From the NCBI GenBank assembly GCA_020059605.1, contig JAGVBT010000049.1:45120-109119 (forward strand): a stretch of 64,000 bases of DNA, written 5' to 3'. The stretch is from Deltaproteobacteria bacterium. GTDB lineage: Bacteria; Desulfobacterota; BSN033; UBA1163. Of this stretch, positions 57,437-64,000 are shown piece by piece. Below the pieces are notes generated by a model. That model made no database searches, was not told where the DNA came from, and saw only the letters and a program-made list of their open reading frames with translations. The translations under genes were made by a program, and so were the position numbers. How positions within the stretch are numbered: the stretch's first letter is position 1; the number at the start of each line of letters is the position of its first letter.

Positions 57437-57736
57437 GGGTTATTCTCTTTCCATAAAATTTTTTCAGATTAAACCAACTCCCTATCTCCGTCTCTCCCCA
57501 TCTCCCTATCTTCTCCTTACTACCTATGTAGACAGGACTAATTGAAAAATAAAATTTTGTCAAATATTTTCGAATTAAAAAAGATTGACAAAATATTCTG
57601 GTTTCGATATAAGAAGGAGTCGCATTAATTGAATGGTCGAAAAGAAACCGGACAGGAGAGGGGAGGTGAGGATTCCTAAAATTTTTCATGGCGTAGTCCA
57701 ACGTAATCATTCAAAAATCAGAAGGAGGTCAAGCGT

Positions 57737-58747
57737 ATGAAGAGAAGATGGGCGTTCTGGATGATCGGTGTCTTAACGGTTGTTTTTCTTTCAGGGGTTG
57801 CCCTGGCTCAGGAGAAGGTGGTCGTTTATACCTCGCTGGAGACGGACGAGGTGACGGAGTACCTCAAACTGGCCCGGAAAGAGCTCCCGACTCTTGATAT
57901 CCACATCATCCGGCTTTCCACGGGAGAACTGGGTGCCAGGATGCTGGCTGAAAAGGCCAACCCTCAGGCAGACCTGATCTGGGGATGGGCTGTGACGAAT
58001 TTGGAAGATTTTGTCACGAAAGGGATGCTGGAGCCCTATAAGCCAAAGGGGGTCGAGAAATTAGAGAAGAGATTCGTCCACCCCGATTTTCAATATGTCG
58101 GAATCGATATGTATATCGCCGCGTTCTGTGTGAATACCAAAGTGATGAAGGAGAAGGGGCTTCCGATGCCCAAGGGATGGAACGACTTGCTCGATCCCAA
58201 GTTCAAGGGATTGATCGCCATGCCGAACCCGGTGGCATCCGGGACGGGGTTTCTGCAGGTGTCGAGCATCCTCCAGATGTACGGGGCAAAGGATGGAAAG
58301 GAGGATGGTTGGGAGTTCTTAAAAAAACTGGATAAAAACATGGGCCAGTATATTAAGAGCGGGTCAAGACCGGCTAAAATGACTGCCGCGGGGGAATTCG
58401 CCGTGGGGGCTTCCTTCGACTTTGTGGTGGCGGAACAGAAAAAGCAGGGATTCCCGGTCGAATTTGTCTTCCCGGTCGAGGGGGCCGGCTATGAGGTGGA
58501 GGCCAACGCCCTCCTGAAAGGGGGAAAAAATGTGGGGGCGGCCAAGAAGTTCCTGGATTGGGCGATCAGCGACAACGCGATGAAGGAATATTCCAAGTTT
58601 AAATACGGGGTGACTTTACCCGGCATTCCCACACGGCCGGATCTGCCCAAATTATCTGAAATTAAGCTTTATCCGATGGACTTTGCCTGGCAGGCAAAGA
58701 ATAGGGATGATATCCTGAAAAAATGGGAGACCCTTTTCCTGAAATGA
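57737..58747 (+). CDS. ABC transporter periplasmic substrate-binding protein (Fe3+/2-aminoethylphosphonate/polyamine SBP family 1)
   Basis: Signal peptide. Cluster-D SBP pattern (KVVVYTSLETDE ... NPVASGTGF). 336 aa. Confidence 0.7.
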   Translation: MKRRWAFWMIGVLTVVFLSGVALAQEKVVVYTSLETDEVTEYLKLARKELPTLDIHIIRLSTGELGARMLAEKANPQADLIWGWAVTNLEDFVTKGMLEPYKPKGVEKLEKRFVHPDFQYVGIDMYIAAFCVNTKVMKEKGLPMPKGWNDLLDPKFKGLIAMPNPVASGTGFLQVSSILQMYGAKDGKEDGWEFLKKLDKNMGQYIKSGSRPAKMTAAGEFAVGASFDFVVAEQKKQGFPVEFVFPVEGAGYEVEANALLKGGKNVGAAKKFLDWAISDNAMKEYSKFKYGVTLPGIPTRPDLPKLSEIKLYPMDFAWQAKNRDDILKKWETLFLK

Positions 58748-58919
58748 AATAGGGATGATCCGGGGGCATCCTGCCGGTGCGGGGTGCCCTTTTTTGTTGA
58801 CAATATTTTTGAATTTGGATAGAAAGCCTATATAGAAAGGTAAACAGCTCCCCCTCACCCCATCCCTCTCCCCAGCGGGGAGAGGGATGGGGTGAGGAGG
58901 AAACGATGAGGAAAGAATT

Positions 58920-60005
58920 ATGGGAAGAAACCTCACATTGGAGAATCTCACCAAGCGCTATGGAACGCTGACCGCCGTGGACCGGGTCAACCTCGAGATC
59001 AAGGAGGGGGAGTTTATCTGTTTCCTCGGGCCCAGCGGGTGCGGCAAGACGACCATCCTCAGGATGATCACCGGGTTTGAGACCGTGACCGACGGAAAGG
59101 TCATTTTCGAAGGAAAGGTGATCAACCATCTCATCCCGCAAAAAAGGGAATTCGGGATCGTCTTCCAGTCTTACGCCCTCTTTCCGAATATGACGGTGGA
59201 GGAGAACATCGCCTTCGGCCTCAAGATGAGAAAGATGAATCCGAAGGCCATCTCCAAAAGGGTCGACCAGATGCTCGATCTCGTCGGGCTTCGGGACTGG
59301 AGAACCCTTTTCCCGGCCCAGTTAAGCGGCGGCCAGCAGCAGAGGGTGGCTCTGGTCCGGGCCCTGGCGCCAGATCCGCAGGTTCTCCTTCTGGACGAAC
59401 CGTTGAGCGCTCTCGATGCAAAGATCCGGGTCCGACTCCGGGCAGAGGTGAAGCGGCTCCAGCAGGAATTGAAAAAGACGATGATCTACGTCACCCATGA
59501 CCAGGAGGAGGCGCTTTCGATTGCCGATCGCGTGGTGGTGATGGAGAAAGGGCAGTTCCGCCAGGTGGGAAAGCCGATCGATATCTATAAATGTCCAAGC
59601 TCCGATTTTGTGGCGGACTTTGTGGGAACCTCAAATTTTTTTAAAGGACTGCGGACCCATGATCGGGTCCAGACGGGGCCATGGGAATTTGAGATTGCCC
59701 AGGCAGGTCCGTCGCAACAGGGCAAAGTGGTCCTGGCCATTCGACCCGAAAAGATCGAAGTCTTCCGACCCGGAGAGCCTGCGAATCACCTAAGGGTCTC
59801 GAACCTGGTCCCGGGCAAGATCGATGTGGTTACCTTCCTGGGCGCGGCCGTTCGACTGGTCGTCAATATTAACGGAGAGGAAGTGATTTCCGATGTGATC
59901 GAGAAGGAGTTTGAGCAGAGGGGACTCAAGCAGGGGGAAGACATTTTACTCTATTTTCCGCCCGAAGCCTTTCTGGTCTACCCGGAAGGAGAGGTTGCGG
60001 CATGA
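58920..60005 (+). CDS. ABC transporter ATP-binding protein with C-terminal TOBE domain (FbpC/PotA-like)
   Basis: Walker A GPSGCGKTT, signature LSGGQQQRVALVRAL, Walker B LLLDEPLSALD. C-terminal transport-associated OB fold. Confidence 0.85.
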   Translation: MGRNLTLENLTKRYGTLTAVDRVNLEIKEGEFICFLGPSGCGKTTILRMITGFETVTDGKVIFEGKVINHLIPQKREFGIVFQSYALFPNMTVEENIAFGLKMRKMNPKAISKRVDQMLDLVGLRDWRTLFPAQLSGGQQQRVALVRALAPDPQVLLLDEPLSALDAKIRVRLRAEVKRLQQELKKTMIYVTHDQEEALSIADRVVVMEKGQFRQVGKPIDIYKCPSSDFVADFVGTSNFFKGLRTHDRVQTGPWEFEIAQAGPSQQGKVVLAIRPEKIEVFRPGEPANHLRVSNLVPGKIDVVTFLGAAVRLVVNINGEEVISDVIEKEFEQRGLKQGEDILLYFPPEAFLVYPEGEVAA

Positions 60006-61747
60006 ATCCACCCTCCTCTTCCTCGCTTCCCTTTAGCCGGGACAAAATGATAACCGGTATCGCCATGGTCCTTTTTCTGGCCATGCTCACCTTCTTCCTT
60101 CTCTATCCGGTGGTGGACATCTGCCGCCTGAGCTTCTTAAAAGAGGGTAAACTGACCTTTGAAAACTATTTAACCTATTTTACCAGCCCGAGGATCTTCC
60201 GTTCTTTTACCAACAGTCTTTACGTCTCTCTCCTGACGATGATCATCACCACGGTCACAGCCTTCTTTTTCGCCTATGGGTTGACCCGGACGACCATGCC
60301 GGGAAAGGGGGTGTTCTATACCATTTCAACCTTGCCCCTGATCGCTCCGACGATCATTCAGGCCCTGGCCCTCATCCTCCTTTTCGGCAGGAACGGCTTG
60401 ATCACCAGGTACCTGTTGGGCACGGACTGGAATATCTACGGAGCGACAGGAATCATCATCGGAGAATGCCTCTATTGCTTCCCGAACGCCCTCTTCATCC
60501 TCTATACGACCCTCTCCGCCGTGGATACACGGTTGGACGAAGCCGCCCAGAGCCTGGGGGCCTCGGCTTTAAAGACCTTCTGGAAGGTGACGCTTCCCTC
60601 GGCGAAGTACGGCATTGCAAGTGCCGCCGCGCTCACCTTCAACCTGACCATCACCGACTTCGGGATCCCCGTGGTGATCGGAGGGAATTATTCCGTGCTT
60701 GCCACCGAGATCGTTTCACAGGTCTTCGGGCTTCAGCGTTTCGACCTGGGGGCGACGATCAGCGTCATTCTCCTCATTCCTTCCATCAGCGCTTTTGTCA
60801 TCAACTATTACCTGACGCGAAAGAGCTATGCCCTAATCAGCGGACAGGCGAGGCCATTCCTTCAGCCTTCGAGACCTCTTAAGAAATGGGGATTCACCGT
60901 CTATTGCGGTCTGATCTGCTCCTGCATCCTCATCGTCTTTGCCACCGTCTTCTTGGGAGCCTTCGTGAAGACCTGGCCTTACGATTTCTCCCTGACCCTC
61001 AAGCATTTCGATTTTCCATCCCTTGGGGCCCATGCCCCGCTCTGGACCAGTTTCTGGATTTCGGTATTGCCCGAGGGGACATTTCGGACAATGATCGCTT
61101 ACAAGTATGCTCCGATCTGGACCAGTCTTCTGGTCTCCATCGTCGTGGCCATTGTCGGAGCCTCCCTGACCCTTCTCGCAGGGTATATCATCGAGAAGAA
61201 GAAACCGAAGGGCGAACAGATTCTTTACACGCTGAGCGTTTTGCCGGCAGCCATTCCAGGGGTGGTGATGGGACTCGGATATGTCCTGGCTTTTAACAAG
61301 CCTTATTTTTTCATCTACGGGACGATCTGGATCATCATCATCAACATCGTCATCAGCAATTTCACACTGGGAGTGCTGACCAGCATTGCCAATTTGAAAC
61401 AGATCGACAAATCGATCGAAGAGGCGGCGGTTAGCCTCGGCTCCGGTCCTGTTTCCACTTTTACAAAGGTGGTTTTTCCGCTTTCCAGGGTGGCGTTTTT
61501 CTCCACCGCTACCTTTTTCTTCATGAGGGCCATGACAACGATCAGCGCAGTCATCTTTCTGATCTCCGCAACCATCAAGCTGGCCGCGATTGAAATTATC
61601 TTTCTCGATGTGGATGGACGGACCGCAAGCGCCAACGCCATGTGCACGGTGGTGGTCGCCATTGTGGTCGGGGCGCTCCTGGTGATGCGCCTGGCCACCG
61701 GGAGGTCCGCGTTGGGCGGAATGGTTTCATCAAAACAACCCGGTTAG
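60002..61747 (+). CDS. ABC transporter permease, fused two-domain (FbpB/AfuB-like)
   Basis: 581 aa with two tandem MetI-like TM domains, each with an EAA-like loop (LDEAAQSLGAS ... IEEAAVSLGSG). Start overlaps the ATPase stop. Confidence 0.8.
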   Translation: MNPPSSSSLPFSRDKMITGIAMVLFLAMLTFFLLYPVVDICRLSFLKEGKLTFENYLTYFTSPRIFRSFTNSLYVSLLTMIITTVTAFFFAYGLTRTTMPGKGVFYTISTLPLIAPTIIQALALILLFGRNGLITRYLLGTDWNIYGATGIIIGECLYCFPNALFILYTTLSAVDTRLDEAAQSLGASALKTFWKVTLPSAKYGIASAAALTFNLTITDFGIPVVIGGNYSVLATEIVSQVFGLQRFDLGATISVILLIPSISAFVINYYLTRKSYALISGQARPFLQPSRPLKKWGFTVYCGLICSCILIVFATVFLGAFVKTWPYDFSLTLKHFDFPSLGAHAPLWTSFWISVLPEGTFRTMIAYKYAPIWTSLLVSIVVAIVGASLTLLAGYIIEKKKPKGEQILYTLSVLPAAIPGVVMGLGYVLAFNKPYFFIYGTIWIIIINIVISNFTLGVLTSIANLKQIDKSIEEAAVSLGSGPVSTFTKVVFPLSRVAFFSTATFFFMRAMTTISAVIFLISATIKLAAIEIIFLDVDGRTASANAMCTVVVAIVVGALLVMRLATGRSALGGMVSSKQPG

Positions 61748-61767
61748 ACAGGTGAAGGGAAAGAATC

Positions 61768-62529
61768 GTGGCAGAGACATTCCATCTTGATCGGGGAGTT
61801 CCAAAATATTTGCAGATCAGCCTCTGGCTCACGGGGATGATCCAGAAGGGTCGCTATTCGATCAACGACAAACTGCCGTCGGAGTCGAAACTGGCCGAAC
61901 TCTTCCAGGTCAACCGGAATACGGTCCGGCAGGCCATCTCCGATCTGGTGAACAAAGGGCTTGTCCTGAAGAAGAACGGAGTCGGAACCTTTGTGATCGG
62001 GCGGACCTCCCAGCCCGTCAAATATACCCTCCAGCACATTTCCAGCTTTACGGATGATATGATCCGGATGGGGGTTTCTCCCCGGACCAGGCTGTTAAGC
62101 AAATCCGTGATCGAAGCGCCCGCCGATGTCGCGGAAAAATTGATGCTGGGAAAGGAGAAACTGGTCATCCTGACGGAGCGACTCCGGCTGGGAAACCGCA
62201 TTCCTCTGGTCATTGAGCGCAGTTACCTTCCCCATAAGGAGTACAAAGCCATTTTAAAGATGCGTCTGACCGGTTCCCTCTATCATCTCCTGACCAGGAA
62301 GTTCCATGTGGAGCTCCACCGTTCGATCCAGACCTTTCGCGCCGTCCTTCTCTCTGCCGAAGACGCCAGGTTCCTGGGGGTTCCTTCCCGTTCTCCCGGG
62401 ATTTTTCTCGAGAGCGTCATCTATGACTCGAAGAACATTCCCGTGGAGGCCCTTCACGCCTTCCATCGTGGAGACAAGTATATCTTCGAAGTGGAATCGG
62501 GGCGGTATCGTTACGATCTGAAGGGGTAG
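61768..62529 (+). CDS. GntR-family transcriptional regulator with UTRA effector domain (HutC/PhnF subfamily)
   Basis: N-terminal wHTH (LPSESKLAELFQVNRNTVRQAISDLVNKG) and a C-terminal UTRA fold. GTG start. Confidence 0.75.
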   Translation: MAETFHLDRGVPKYLQISLWLTGMIQKGRYSINDKLPSESKLAELFQVNRNTVRQAISDLVNKGLVLKKNGVGTFVIGRTSQPVKYTLQHISSFTDDMIRMGVSPRTRLLSKSVIEAPADVAEKLMLGKEKLVILTERLRLGNRIPLVIERSYLPHKEYKAILKMRLTGSLYHLLTRKFHVELHRSIQTFRAVLLSAEDARFLGVPSRSPGIFLESVIYDSKNIPVEALHAFHRGDKYIFEVESGRYRYDLKG

Positions 62530-62650
62530 GGGGCAAGAGATGAGGCGCCGTTCACCCTGGAGCTCCTTTAAAAAAAACTTGACAAATCATTTTTTCATTG
62601 TTACCTGTATAGATAGGTAGTTAGGTAAAGAATTCAAAGGGAGTGTCTAA

Positions 62651-62779
62651 GGTGACAAGTGACCTAAAGTGACTAAAGTGCTGGAGGGTGTGGAAGACAA
62701 CCGGGGCATTTCCCATTTGAGCCACTTCTCATTCTGGTCTTTGTTAGGGCACTTTAGGCAATTTAGTCACTTTAGTCAC
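62651..62779. repeat. imperfect inverted repeat built from tandem ~9-bp AAGTGACTA units (left arm 62651-62681, right arm 62749-62779)
   Basis: Left arm GGTGACAAGTGACCTAAAGTGACTAAAGTGC. The right arm is its near reverse complement (GCACTTTAGGCAATTTAGTCACTTTAGTCAC). The same unit recurs at 1648-1684. Confidence 0.6.
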
Positions 62780-62802
62780 TCGATTTTTAAGGAGGAGGAT
62801 GT

Positions 62803-63915
62803 ATGAACGATTTGAAGCGTTATTTGGTGCCCTGGATTGACCAGGTCAAACCCTATGATACCGAAGACCTGGTCGTGGCCTGGTCGAGGCCGGAACTGAA
62901 ACGGATGATGATCAACGAAAATCCCCTTCCGCCTTCGGAGAAGGTTCTCCAGGCGGTTTTGGAGGCGGCCAGGATGGGGAACCGGTATCCTGACAATGGG
63001 CCGCGCCTCCGGACCAAGATTGCCAAGCAGTATGACCTCGGGCCGGAGAATGTCTATCTCAGCCACGGCTCCTCGGAGATCATCGACATGATCATGAGGC
63101 TATTTGTTACGCCCGGGGACGAAGTCCTCCTTCCCAACCCCACATTCTCCCTCTATGGCATCCGGGCCAGAGCCCTCGGAGGAAGCGTCGTGGCCGTGGA
63201 CCTGACCCCTGACCTTCAATACGATGTTCCCGCCATGCTCCGGGCCGTCACCCCCCGGACGAAGTTGATCATTGTCTGCACCCCGAACAATCCAACGGGA
63301 GATTTCATCCCGGACGACGACCTGATGAAGATTGTTGAACTCGGCATTCCCACGATGATCGACGAGGCCTATCTCGAGTATCATCCCGAACATGAGTCAA
63401 AGGCTCCCCTCATCAGGAAATATAACCATGTTATCGTTGCCCACACTTTCTCCAAAGCCTACGGGATGGCGGGAATTCGATTCGGATATGCCCTGGCCGA
63501 CGAGGCCTTGATCGGTTACTTCCGCAAGATGCAGATCCCCTGGAATACGAGCCTTCTCTCGCTGGCAGCGGCGGAGGCCGCCCTTGAAGAGGAGGAAGAA
63601 TTGAAACGGAAGGCCGCTTATAACAATGCCGGCGTGGAGTATGTGTGCAAAGAGCTCGGGAAGATTCCCGGGGTCAAGCCATACTTCTCCCATGGCAATT
63701 ACGTGCTCATCGATGCAACGGACGCAGGCGTCACGGGCAAAGAAGTGGTCGATTATGTTTTTGAAAAGGCGGGGGCCATGCTCAAGCACTTTGCTCCTTT
63801 CCGGGGACGGAGCGGCTTCTTTCGTATCAGTTTGGGCACGCACGAAGAGAATTCCATCTGTGTCCAGGCCATCAAGCGGTTCTTTGAGAACAGGAAGAAG
63901 GAGAAACGGATATGA
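62803..63915 (+). CDS. pyridoxal-phosphate-dependent aminotransferase, class I/II (histidinol-phosphate aminotransferase family)
   Basis: NPNNPTG ... SKAYGMAGIRFGYA (PLP-lysine motif). 370 aa. Confidence 0.75.
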   Translation: MNDLKRYLVPWIDQVKPYDTEDLVVAWSRPELKRMMINENPLPPSEKVLQAVLEAARMGNRYPDNGPRLRTKIAKQYDLGPENVYLSHGSSEIIDMIMRLFVTPGDEVLLPNPTFSLYGIRARALGGSVVAVDLTPDLQYDVPAMLRAVTPRTKLIIVCTPNNPTGDFIPDDDLMKIVELGIPTMIDEAYLEYHPEHESKAPLIRKYNHVIVAHTFSKAYGMAGIRFGYALADEALIGYFRKMQIPWNTSLLSLAAAEAALEEEEELKRKAAYNNAGVEYVCKELGKIPGVKPYFSHGNYVLIDATDAGVTGKEVVDYVFEKAGAMLKHFAPFRGRSGFFRISLGTHEENSICVQAIKRFFENRKKEKRI

Positions 63916-64000
63916 AGAAGAGCCCCCTTGAAAGATTGATGGAGACCCATCCGGGACTTGAGATCTGGTGGGATTCTTCCCCTCTGATCTATTCTTCATG
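63912..64000 (+). CDS. 5' end of an unidentified ORF (MKKSPLERLMETHPGLEIWWDSSPL...); continues beyond the window
   Basis: Open frame begins with an ATG overlapping the upstream stop. Too short to assign. Confidence 0.3.
   Translation, partial: MKKSPLERLMETHPGLEIWWDSSPLIYSS

Overview
This 64-kb window appears to come from a Gram-negative, probably anaerobic bacterium. The gene content points to a Desulfobacterota- or Nitrospirota-like lifestyle: ccdA, many multiheme c-type cytochromes, an archaeal-type bifunctional FBP aldolase/phosphatase and a PiT phosphate transporter. Most of the window is densely packed housekeeping DNA. It holds a complete RND efflux operon, pgsA, a tRNA Gly-Cys-Arg cluster, gatB, mtnA, hpt and tsaD. 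It also holds rsmA, clpB, the thrS-infC-rpmI-rplT-pheS-pheT-ihfA-merR block, surE, miaB, three fructose-bisphosphate enzymes, a pit/DUF47 pair and an ABC transporter. The standout is a region of about 10.8 kb (18.2-28.9 kb) lying immediately downstream of ccdA. One six-gene operon encodes, in order, a tetraheme cytochrome, an NHL-repeat lipoprotein, a pentaheme lipoprotein cytochrome, a 663-aa predicted outer-membrane beta-barrel, a second NHL-repeat lipoprotein and an 11-12-heme cytochrome. A convergent operon encodes a 14-16-heme cytochrome plus a CxxC-less thioredoxin-fold/TPR protein. I read this as a candidate, apparently undescribed, porin-cytochrome-type extracellular or periplasmic electron-transfer conduit with duplicated cytochrome+NHL modules. 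Other points of interest are mtnA followed by a DUF62 SAM hydroxide adenosyltransferase and an aminotransferase, and a C39-like peptidase/TPR/small membrane protein triad. A DMGDH-like oxidoreductase sits next to an Afu/Phn-type ABC transporter, a GntR regulator and an aminotransferase. Several families of short dispersed intergenic repeats are present. No CRISPR array, integrase, transposase or obvious defence system was seen. All calls are from reading the sequence and the ORF track; no database search was possible.
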